In this document: piece by piece, positions 8,520-16,643 of the stretch
Numbering within the stretch: the stretch's first letter is position 1
Layout of the letters: each line of letters begins with the position of its first letter
Origin: an uncultured Methanosarcinales archaeon
Lineage (GTDB): Archaea; Nanobdellota; Nanobdellia; Woesearchaeales; CAZOXR01
NCBI GenBank assembly: GCA_964566535.1
Contig: CAZMIO010000002.1
Coordinates: 116,905 to 136,904 of the forward strand
Direction of reading: 5' to 3'
Length of the DNA stretch: 20,000 bases
Notes under the pieces: generated by a model
Database searches by the model: none
The model's input: only the letters and a program-made list of their open reading frames with translations
What the model was told of the DNA's origin: nothing
Program-made: the position numbers and the translations under genes

Positions 8520-9200
8520 ATGTTAGAAAAATTAAATTCAAAGATTGCAGAACTGATTGGTATGCATACTGGAGATGGAACATTGTACCGAACCAATACT
8601 GGCACTGTTTGGGAATTAAGAGGGGCCCTTAATGAAAAAGACTACTATTATGACAACGTCATACCTCTTCTGAGTTCAATATTTAACAAAGAATTTAAAC
8701 CAAAATTCAGAAGTGGAGGGAAAAATGGTTGTTTTGGGGTTCAAATATGTAAAAGAGAGGTTACTTCATTTTTTATCGATTATGGATTTAAACCCGGAAG
8801 AAAAACACATACTGTGAGGATTCCTGATTATATAAAAAAATCAAATAAACAAGTAAAATTAAATTTTATCAAAGGATTATTTGATACAGACGGATGTTTA
8901 AGATTTGACAAAAACGGGACAAATAGAAATTGTTATCCCAAAATAGAATTTGGATCTGCCTCTGAAAAGTTAATTGAAGACTTATCTTTATTATTAAAAG
9001 AACTTAAATTCAATAATTATACATGGAAAAGTAGAAATATCTCGAAACTATGTATCGCTGGGAAAATTATGCTTAAAAAATGGATAAAAGAAATAAAGCC
9101 CAAAAACCCAAAACATTTAAATAAATATGAAACGTTCCAAAAACTAGGTTATGTATTACCAAATGCCGAGGTGGCACAACCTGGTACTGCGCAGACATAA
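8520..9200 (+). CDS. Free-standing two-motif LAGLIDADG homing endonuclease-like protein
   Basis: Motif 1 IAELIGMHTGDG and motif 2 FIKGLFDTDG, both with the catalytic Asp. GGTGAT SD at 8509-8514 and TATATAAA at 8471-8478. No intein splicing blocks or flanking host exons visible. Confidence 0.9.
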   Translation: MLEKLNSKIAELIGMHTGDGTLYRTNTGTVWELRGALNEKDYYYDNVIPLLSSIFNKEFKPKFRSGGKNGCFGVQICKREVTSFFIDYGFKPGRKTHTVRIPDYIKKSNKQVKLNFIKGLFDTDGCLRFDKNGTNRNCYPKIEFGSASEKLIEDLSLLLKELKFNNYTWKSRNISKLCIAGKIMLKKWIKEIKPKNPKHLNKYETFQKLGYVLPNAEVAQPGTAQT

Positions 9201-9281
9201 TGATATGGCGTAAGATTGCTACATAGGTTGTAAAAATCCTGTTTCCTTACGGATTTGGGGGTTCAAATCCTCCCCTCGGCG
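9165..9281 (+). tRNA. tRNA-Ser(GCT) with two introns (19 nt at 29/30, 14 nt at 37/38)
   Basis: GCCGAGG/CCTCGGC acceptor, G discriminator, long variable arm (TCC-TTAC-GGA), T arm GGGGG-TTCAAAT-CCTCC. Removing 9195-9213 and 9222-9235 gives a perfect anticodon arm CAGGA-TTGCTAA-TCCTG and an 84-nt tRNA. Confidence 0.92.
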
Positions 9282-9300
9282 TTTTATTTTCTTCTTACTT

Positions 9301-9408
9301 CCGCAACAATAACTAGTTCATAAAGTTGCGGCAGGGAACTTTACGTTCCCTACAGAGGTCTATCGGACGAAGTCCTTAGGTTGCAAATCAACCCCTCGGC
9401 GTTTTTTT
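9301..9408 (+). repeat. Hairpin cluster ending in a duplicate of the tRNA-Ser 3' end
   Basis: Hairpins CCGCAAC/GTTGCGG, AGGGAAC/GTTCCCT, GGAC/GTCC, GGTTG/CAACC. 14-bp perfect direct repeat CCCCTCGGCGTTTT at 9272-9285 and 9392-9405. Confidence 0.75.
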
Positions 9409-9523
9409 CATTTCAATTCAGTATAAAACTCTTTATTTCAGATTTTCTTTCATTATCTTTATGAAAGTTCATGTTAAAAGATTCTAAAAGAATAGATATA
9501 AGTTTAATCAAGAGGAGGTAATT

Positions 9524-10891
9524 TCATTTTCCAGATTGAGGTAAGTCAGGTTTAATAAACTCCCAATGATTACCTTCAAATTGCATTGGATACTTTGGAG
9601 TAAGCTCTTCATCTTTGTATCCATCTCCTTTAACCCTATGATATCCGCCACCTTGCCTAACGAAAATAAGATTAGTTACCTGCTTAGTATAAGGCGGTCG
9701 CCCGGACGTTTCAGCATATTGTTCTAAATGTGCCAATCCACTTTTTAATTTATTAATAACATGACTTGCTTTATTATAAAAATGTCCAAGAGATTTATCT
9801 TTATCCTCCGGAGTCGCCATACTATAAACAATGATCCTATCATGATTGTCCCAAGGTCCTTTTCTATTACTCCTCATAGGGATATGTGCAGGTGAACTTT
9901 GAGACATTATTTTACCCTCAAAATGGTCAAAGTGTCTGTCTAATATTTGCAATACAGTAACCAAAACCTCAAAAAATCCTTCCTTATTTGGATGGATGAA
10001 AATTTTAAAACATCTCTGACAAAATCTATCAATATGCCAAGAAGGTTGCGCTTGCTCACTGCAAATATTCATAGGATGGCCCTTCCCATAATGAACCCAT
10101 CTTGGTTGTTTCTCAAAATCTCTCCACTTTTCTCCTCCCCTTACAAATCCAATTTTATCTAAAAGAGCAATAACTGTTTGATTAAAATCCGAAAATGCCT
10201 GTTCACCTAAAGCTTCAATTTCAGCTCTAATATCAGGTTGGTGAGATAAGCCTTTTACTTTTATCTCTTTATCACCTTCATAATGTAAGTACCTAAACGT
10301 TAATCCAGATGGGAGTTCATCCCCTGGTATTCTAAACATGATATTGTCATTATCTTCCAAAACCTTACTTTTGACTCGTTTTTGATTAATGAATGTTCCA
10401 TTTGTACTATTATCCTGAATTACGTATCTTCTCCCCTTTTTGTCATACTTGATCATTGCATGGATTCTTGAAACACCTTTAAAGTGTGAAGGAGTCTTAA
10501 TATCTCCTGCTCTTCCAATGGTAATTGGTCTATTTCTTGGTAGAACGTGATGTTTTCCATCAAAACCCACAATTATAGCAAGTATTGGGTGAAATGTAAA
10601 TTCTATTCCGCCAATGCAAATCTTCTCAGTATCGCTAATAATATATCGTCCTTGATGTTGTATTTTGCCTAAATATATTATTTCACAATCAGGCTCAACT
10701 TCAATATAAAAAACATTATGTCTGATATCATAATAGATTTTTGCATGTTTTAGAGAAACATTAGGAGATGGCAATACAATATCATTTGATTTTGATCTTC
10801 CAATTGTAGTAACTCGTTTTGTTAACTCAAAGTCTCCACTATGGCATGTGAGAATTGCTATTGGTTCTTCTTCTTCGTGTTTAAAGAACAT
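9524..10891 (-). CDS. Tandem FHA-domain protein with uncharacterised C-terminal domain
   Basis: FHA1: TIGRSKSNDIVL...VSLKHAKI. FHA2: TIGRAGD...VSRIHAMI...DNSTNGTFIN. A ~200 aa C-terminal domain follows. Confidence 0.85.
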   Translation of the reverse strand: MFFKHEEEEPIAILTCHSGDFELTKRVTTIGRSKSNDIVLPSPNVSLKHAKIYYDIRHNVFYIEVEPDCEIIYLGKIQHQGRYIISDTEKICIGGIEFTFHPILAIIVGFDGKHHVLPRNRPITIGRAGDIKTPSHFKGVSRIHAMIKYDKKGRRYVIQDNSTNGTFINQKRVKSKVLEDNDNIMFRIPGDELPSGLTFRYLHYEGDKEIKVKGLSHQPDIRAEIEALGEQAFSDFNQTVIALLDKIGFVRGGEKWRDFEKQPRWVHYGKGHPMNICSEQAQPSWHIDRFCQRCFKIFIHPNKEGFFEVLVTVLQILDRHFDHFEGKIMSQSSPAHIPMRSNRKGPWDNHDRIIVYSMATPEDKDKSLGHFYNKASHVINKLKSGLAHLEQYAETSGRPPYTKQVTNLIFVRQGGGYHRVKGDGYKDEELTPKYPMQFEGNHWEFIKPDLPQSGK

Positions 10892-10991
10892 ACTATGTTT
10901 TAGAAACCAAGAGTTATAAATAACTACCGTTTTTTACTTTCCCTTAATTTAAATAACAAAGCTTTTAAACAAATAACTTCTAATTTATTAT

Positions 10992-12983
10992 ATGAAAAAG
11001 AGAATCTCATTACTAATCCTATTGCTATTATCCCCATTCATCCTAGCAAACGAATACTACAATTCAAACATCCTACTAATAGAATTAAACATCTCATCAG
11101 ACATGGAAATAGTACCAAAATACCCCAATTACAACATAGAATATGTTTCAGCAAACCTTTCATTCTACCCTTACGAAAACTACAGACAAAAGATACTACA
11201 AATAACAACAACACCCAAATCAAGAGTAAAGCAAAACACAGCAGAATTCAAATGGACAAATCCTTCTGAAAAAAAGCTACAATTTAGTGTAAACTCAGAC
11301 ATAAAAACATATAACAAGTATAAAGAAATAAAAGAAAAAGTACAATTTCCAATAGCAAATATTCCAGATGAACTAATAGAATTCATATCGCCATCAGAAA
11401 CAATCGACTCTGACAAAAGAGAAATAATCAAATTAGCATCCCAGTTAGCGCAGGGTGAAGACGACTTATTTATTGTAGAATTCAAGATAGGAGAATGGGT
11501 TAAAACTAATATTGATTATGATTTAAGCACATTAACTGCTGAAGTTTCCCAAAATGCTTCGTGGGTCCTAAAATCAGGATATGGTGTTTGTGACGAACTA
11601 ACTAACCTTTTCATAGCAATGAACAGAGCATTAGGAATTCCTGCAAAATTCATCTCAGGAGTTGCATACACTAATTCATCAGATGCTCCAACAAACTGGG
11701 GACTGCATGGATGGGCTGAAGTCTATTTCCCGGGGCACGGGTGGATTCCTTTTGATGTAACATATGGAGAACTTGGCTACATAGACCCATCACATATCAA
11801 ACTAAAAGAAGCATTAGATACAAATACTCCATCCACAAAGTACCAATGGTTAGGGAGTAATGTTGGACTTGACACCCAAAAGTTAAATGTTGATGCCTCA
11901 TTAAAAGAACACACTGGGAAAACACCAGACACTTATTCCATAAATGTAATCTCAACTAAGGATTCAGTAAGCTTCGATTCATTTAATCTTATTGAAGTTC
12001 AAATTGAAAATTTAAAAGACTATTACACATCAACCGAACTTTCAATTTCAAAACCTAAAGAAGTCAGCCTAGCAGACGATGAGAATAAAATAGTCTATCT
12101 AAAACCAAAAGAGAAGAAAAGTATTTTTTGGCCAATCAAGGTCAGCAGCAAACTAAATGACAACTACATCTATACATTACCAATAGAAATACTAACTTCA
12201 TCAGACAATCAATACTCCACCTCATTTACATCTACTGCAAGTAGCACATCATATTCCCTTGAAGATATGAATCTAATAATCGAACAAAAACGAGAAGAAA
12301 CAGAAAAAGTCTATTCCACTAATGTAGATTTAAACTGTTCAGTTGATAAAGAAGAACTATACATGTACGAAAGTACAGAGTTACATTGTTCAATTAAAAA
12401 CATTGGAAATGTCCTGCTAGAAAACATCAAAATTTGCTTAAAAGAAAACTGTACTACACTAGATCTTGGAATCTCTCAAAGAGAAAACATTGATTTCAAC
12501 ATAATACCAAAACAAACCAACAAACAAGATTTAGTAGTCACCGCAATAAATGAGGACATATCAAAAACTTCATACACAAAAGTCAATATATTAGACGAAC
12601 CTTCAATTGAAATAAACAACCTAACTTATCCTCACATAGTAACTTACAAAGATGAATTCCCAGTTTCGTTTTTAATAAAAAAGATATCGCACTCAACCCC
12701 AGTAGATATCAAGATTATACTTGACCATGGAGGAATCAGAAAAGAGTGGGAGATTAACCAATTAACTAGTGATAAACGATTTATCATAAACCTCTTAGGA
12801 AACAATATGGATATAGACCAAAACAATTATCTTATCTTATTATCTTACAAAGATAAAAACGGAAAGATATATGAAAAAGAAAAAGAGTTCTCAATTGAAC
12901 TTGTAGATGTATCATTCCTCCAAAAAATTGAAATATTCATTAAAAATATAGGTAAATTTTTTATTATGCTAACTCAAGGATAA
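10992..12983 (+). CDS. Secreted/surface transglutaminase-like (papain-fold) protein
   Basis: Signal peptide MKKRISLLILLLLSPFILA. Catalytic triad motifs GVCDE, ALGIPAKFISG, HGWAEVY, WIPFDVT. Beta-rich Ig/CARDB-like C-terminal half. Confidence 0.9.
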   Translation: MKKRISLLILLLLSPFILANEYYNSNILLIELNISSDMEIVPKYPNYNIEYVSANLSFYPYENYRQKILQITTTPKSRVKQNTAEFKWTNPSEKKLQFSVNSDIKTYNKYKEIKEKVQFPIANIPDELIEFISPSETIDSDKREIIKLASQLAQGEDDLFIVEFKIGEWVKTNIDYDLSTLTAEVSQNASWVLKSGYGVCDELTNLFIAMNRALGIPAKFISGVAYTNSSDAPTNWGLHGWAEVYFPGHGWIPFDVTYGELGYIDPSHIKLKEALDTNTPSTKYQWLGSNVGLDTQKLNVDASLKEHTGKTPDTYSINVISTKDSVSFDSFNLIEVQIENLKDYYTSTELSISKPKEVSLADDENKIVYLKPKEKKSIFWPIKVSSKLNDNYIYTLPIEILTSSDNQYSTSFTSTASSTSYSLEDMNLIIEQKREETEKVYSTNVDLNCSVDKEELYMYESTELHCSIKNIGNVLLENIKICLKENCTTLDLGISQRENIDFNIIPKQTNKQDLVVTAINEDISKTSYTKVNILDEPSIEINNLTYPHIVTYKDEFPVSFLIKKISHSTPVDIKIILDHGGIRKEWEINQLTSDKRFIINLLGNNMDIDQNNYLILLSYKDKNGKIYEKEKEFSIELVDVSFLQKIEIFIKNIGKFFIMLTQG

Positions 12984-12998
12984 AGAATAACTATATAA

Positions 12999-13150
12999 AT
13001 GTCAAAAACCATCATGCTAAAACATAGAGGCATGTGGAATATGCCACTAACAATATTAATGTGGTTTTTGAGCATGCTCAGAATACCATTCAGTATATTG
13101 GAGGTTTACACAGTAAACCACCCTCCTTAAAAATAGTGGTATTCCGACAT
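12999..13150. repeat. Structured intergenic repeat, copy 2
   Basis: Same orientation as and homologous to 7643-7793. Ends ATGTC...GACAT, central palindrome TGAGCATGCTCA (13069-13080), inner hairpin GGTTTAC-ACA-GTAAACC. Confidence 0.9.
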
Positions 13151-13173
13151 GTAAGAAACAAATGTAAAACAAA

Positions 13174-15000
13174 ATGCAAAGAATAGAAAAGTTAATCCCA
13201 GACACATCTGTTATAATTGAAGGGATCATCTCAGAGAAAATAAAAAACAACGAATATGATATAAAAGAAATTGTCATTCATGAAGCAGTTCTGGCAGAGC
13301 TTGAACACCAAGCTAATTTAAACAAGGCAATAGGATTTCTAGGACTCGATGAAATAAAAAGAGTTAAAGATTTAGCAAAAGACTTTGAATTAAAGTTCGA
13401 AGGCGCAAGACCTAATGCAGTAGATATAAAACACGCTTCATTAGGTGAAATTGACGCCCTGATTAGACAATTAGCATGGGAATCAGGCGGAACCCTACTC
13501 ACATCAGACAAAATCCAGGCAAGAGTTGCAGATGCAAAAGGGATGAATGTAATCTATATAGAACCTGAGCAAGCCATAAAGAAGATTCAGCTTGAAGGAT
13601 TTTTCGACGACAAAACAATGTCAGTTCATCTAAGAGAAAATGTCTTACCTTACGCAAAAAAAGGTTTTCCAGGAAAATGGGAATTCGTCCCACTAAGAAA
13701 AGAGGTCCTAAAAGAAGATGAAGTTCAAAACATCTCAAGAGAGATTATCGAGGAAGCTAAACTAAGAAGAGATAGTTTTATCGAAATAGAAAGACCTGGC
13801 TCAACAATAGTTCAATTAGGCCCGTACAGGATTGTCATAACAAAACCTCCTTTCTCGGATGGTTGGGAAATTACAGCAGTTAAGCCAGTTAGAAGATTAA
13901 GTATAGAAGATTATGAACTCAGTGAAAAACTGATGACAAGAGTGGCCAAACAAGCAGAAGGAATTTTAATTGCCGGTGCTCCTGGAATGGGCAAATCAAC
14001 TTTTGCACAAGCATTAGCAGAGTATTATTCCACCCAAGATAAAGTAGTAAAAACAGTAGAAGCTCCAAGAGACCTAGTATTATCAGATAAAGTAACTCAA
14101 TATGCAATCTCCCATGGAGATGCACAAGAAATCCACGACATCCTCCTCCTGTCAAGACCAGACTATACTATCTTCGATGAAATGAGAAACACTTCAGATT
14201 TCCAGCTTTTCGGGGACATGCGTCTAGCTGGTGTTGGGATGGTAGGAGTTGTTCATGCTACAAATCCGATTGATGCAATCCAAAGATTTATCGGAAGAGT
14301 TGAGATGGGAGTTATTCCCCAAATTATTGACACAGTAGTCTTCATAAAAGACGGAGTTATAAACAAAGTACTTAGCCTAAAGATGACCGTAAAAGTTCCA
14401 AACGGAATGACGGAAGCAGACTTAGCCCGTCCAGTAGTAGTAGTTAATGAATTTGAAACAGGGCAATTAAGTTACGAAATTTATTCCTACGGTGAACAAA
14501 CAGTGGTAATACCAGTAGAAAGCGGCCAAGAAACCAAACCAGGAATTCATAAGTTAGCAGCATCCCCAATAGTAGAAGAATTTCAAAAATATTGCGACAA
14601 TCCAGAAGTAGATGTCATCTCAAACAACAAAGCAGTTGTAAAAGTCCCAGAAGACTGCATCTCAAGAATCATAGGTAAACAAGGACAGCACATTAACAAA
14701 ATCGAAGAAAAATTAGGTATCAGTATAGATATCCAATCACAGGAAGGAACAAGTAGCAGCACCCCAAGAGAAAAAGGGGAAGAACTTCCCTACAACCTTG
14801 AATTAAAAAGCAAATTCATTGTCTTCGACATAGGTGTTGAGAATGAACACAAAGATATTGACATTTATGTAAACGAAGAATATCTTTTAACAGCAAAATC
14901 AGGAGCAACTGGTTTAATAAAAATAAAAAAGAACAACAACATAGGAAAAATCCTCCTCAAAGAAAGAAGCAAAGGAAATGATATCTTACTATACGGATAA
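13174..15000 (+). CDS. PIN domain-ATPase-KH domain protein (archaeal PINA / PINc-VapC family ATPase)
   Basis: PIN domain (PDTSVII, VLAELEHQAN, EIDALIR, LLTSD), Walker A GAPGMGKST, KTVEAPRDL, IFDEMR, VGVVHA, EADLARPV, KH loop IIGKQG. Confidence 0.93.
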   Translation: MQRIEKLIPDTSVIIEGIISEKIKNNEYDIKEIVIHEAVLAELEHQANLNKAIGFLGLDEIKRVKDLAKDFELKFEGARPNAVDIKHASLGEIDALIRQLAWESGGTLLTSDKIQARVADAKGMNVIYIEPEQAIKKIQLEGFFDDKTMSVHLRENVLPYAKKGFPGKWEFVPLRKEVLKEDEVQNISREIIEEAKLRRDSFIEIERPGSTIVQLGPYRIVITKPPFSDGWEITAVKPVRRLSIEDYELSEKLMTRVAKQAEGILIAGAPGMGKSTFAQALAEYYSTQDKVVKTVEAPRDLVLSDKVTQYAISHGDAQEIHDILLLSRPDYTIFDEMRNTSDFQLFGDMRLAGVGMVGVVHATNPIDAIQRFIGRVEMGVIPQIIDTVVFIKDGVINKVLSLKMTVKVPNGMTEADLARPVVVVNEFETGQLSYEIYSYGEQTVVIPVESGQETKPGIHKLAASPIVEEFQKYCDNPEVDVISNNKAVVKVPEDCISRIIGKQGQHINKIEEKLGISIDIQSQEGTSSSTPREKGEELPYNLELKSKFIVFDIGVENEHKDIDIYVNEEYLLTAKSGATGLIKIKKNNNIGKILLKERSKGNDILLYG

Positions 15001-15018
15001 GAACAAATAATCCACACA

Positions 15019-15339
15019 TTATTTCTGTTTTTTAATTTCAAACCTCATAAACTTCTTACAGTCCAAACAAGAAATAACAACTTTACTCTTCTGTAACCTC
15101 ACTCTACTATTCTTACCTTGAACCAAATAACTATAGCAATGCTTGCAAAACCGACGTTTAAACTTCGAAGGAATCCTAACCTTATATTTCATAGCTATTT
15201 TACGGGCTAAATGAACGTATCTATTAGCCAGCTTAGCATCCTTACTAAAAACTCCCTTAGCCTCCAAAAATAGCTTAGAAATCCTCTCTTTAGCTATATC
15301 TTGTTGATACTTCGGCTTCCCTTTATACTTTCTTTTCAT
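15019..15339 (-). CDS. rnp4: Ribonuclease P protein component 4 (Rpp21)
   Basis: IAKERI..LF..A, LANRYVHLARKIAMK, KRRFCKHC...SRVR...CLDC...RF zinc ribbon. Confidence 0.95.
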   Translation of the reverse strand: MKRKYKGKPKYQQDIAKERISKLFLEAKGVFSKDAKLANRYVHLARKIAMKYKVRIPSKFKRRFCKHCYSYLVQGKNSRVRLQKSKVVISCLDCKKFMRFEIKKQK

Positions 15340-15389
15340 AAGCTATATTAAAAACAACCTTTATAAATATTTTAGCATTATTCAGTCAA

Positions 15390-16643
15390 ATGTTCGAGTT
15401 TATTAAGAAATTATTTGCAAAAGAAGAAGAAGTTCCTAAAGAAGAGCTAAAAACAGACCAGTTACAAGAATGGTTTAGCTCAAAAACTAAAGAAATATTC
15501 AAAGAATTAGACACTGAAATAAGCAACACTAAAGACAAAATAAGCGAAATAAAAGAAAAAACGTTAACTAACTTAGAAACCCTAAAAACTGCCCAACTAC
15601 AAAACCCAAAAATTCCTTTCAGAGCTATACAAATGATGGAAGGAAACAGAGATGCGTACATAAGAAAAATAGAGATTTTTCTAAAACAGATAGTCATAGA
15701 CAACGAATACAATAAAGTTCTAGAATTCTGTAATTCATTCGGAAATACCCTAAACAATTTAGGAAGTAACACAATAAAACAATATCAAATAATGCAGGAA
15801 TTCTTTTCAAATGAATCAAGAGCAGTTGCAGAAAACATAAAAGAGTTTGACAACCAAATAAAAGAATTAAGGAAAAACATAGAAGAAAAAAACATAAGCA
15901 AAATTAACGAAATCAGTGAACGTGTCATCTCACTAAATAACCAAATAAAACAAAAGAGTACATTAAGCCAGGATATGACTGATTTAGAAAATTCAAGCAG
16001 CAAGCTAAATAACTTAAAAGAAACATTCACCAAAAATATCCAAAATCTAAAAAACTCAGAAGATTATTCAAAATTCAATAAACTTAAAGAAGAAAAAGAA
16101 GAAACCCAAAAAGAGTTTAGCAATAACAATTCAAGACTATCTCAATCATTCTCAGTACTAGAAACAGCATTAAAAAAATATCAGAGACTAGCTTTCGAAA
16201 ACCAAAAATTAATAGAAGATTACCTCAAAGATCCAATAACTACAATTCTCAACGACAAAGAACTAAAAATAATATCCATCCTAGAAAAATTAAGTAGCTC
16301 AGCAGCAAATAATGAAATCGAATTAAAAGATAGAAAAAAAGAAAAGACAATAGAAGAAATAAAAACCCTAACTAAAGACTTCTTCGAAAGTTTCATAGCC
16401 AAACATAACAACTTAAAAAACAAACTTTTAGAAATCAAAGAAAAAATTGAAAATAACCAAACAAACAAAGACATTGAAAAATCTCAAACCGACCTAAACA
16501 AAACAAATGAAGACATAATCAATTGCAATACAAAAATATCAAAAACAAAAGAAGAATTAAGTAAAATAAACATAGAAGAAATAAAAAAACAACTAGAAAA
16601 AGAATTAAACGAATTGCTAAAAGTTAACCTCTCTTTGGATTAA
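15390..16643 (+). CDS. Hypothetical coiled-coil protein
   Basis: 417 aa, K/E/N/I-rich heptad-like sequence with no Walker motifs. TTTATAAA ~25 nt upstream. Confidence 0.75.
   Translation: MFEFIKKLFAKEEEVPKEELKTDQLQEWFSSKTKEIFKELDTEISNTKDKISEIKEKTLTNLETLKTAQLQNPKIPFRAIQMMEGNRDAYIRKIEIFLKQIVIDNEYNKVLEFCNSFGNTLNNLGSNTIKQYQIMQEFFSNESRAVAENIKEFDNQIKELRKNIEEKNISKINEISERVISLNNQIKQKSTLSQDMTDLENSSSKLNNLKETFTKNIQNLKNSEDYSKFNKLKEEKEETQKEFSNNNSRLSQSFSVLETALKKYQRLAFENQKLIEDYLKDPITTILNDKELKIISILEKLSSSAANNEIELKDRKKEKTIEEIKTLTKDFFESFIAKHNNLKNKLLEIKEKIENNQTNKDIEKSQTDLNKTNEDIINCNTKISKTKEELSKINIEEIKKQLEKELNELLKVNLSLD

Noticed and set aside
8520..9200. LAGLIDADG ORF as part of an intein or a large intron
   Set aside because: No N-terminal Cys/Ser splicing block or C-terminal HN motif, and no upstream exon of an interrupted gene is recognisable. 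It has its own SD and TATA-like box.
9226..9241. Reading the 9165 tRNA as Tyr(GTA) from TTGTAAA, or as Leu/Sec
   Set aside because: No 5-bp stem closes that loop. The GCC start, G discriminator, long variable arm and two BHB motifs give a perfect Ser(GCT) arm.
9301..9380. Hammerhead or other small ribozyme in the hairpin cluster
   Set aside because: No CUGANGA/GAAA core found on either strand.
7643..13150. CRISPR array interpretation of the palindromic repeats
   Set aside because: Only two ~150 bp copies 5.3 kb apart, with no regularly spaced short repeats, spacers or cas genes.
13056..13277. 73-aa minus-strand ORF
   Set aside because: It overlaps the repeat element and lies antisense to the PINA start. 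No protein-like features.
13174..13570. VapC toxin-antitoxin module
   Set aside because: The PIN domain is fused to ATPase and KH domains as in the conserved archaeal PINA family, and there is no antitoxin ORF upstream.
15390..16643. Second SMC/Rad50-like ATPase
   Set aside because: Coiled coil only, with no Walker A/B, signature, hinge or zinc-hook motifs.
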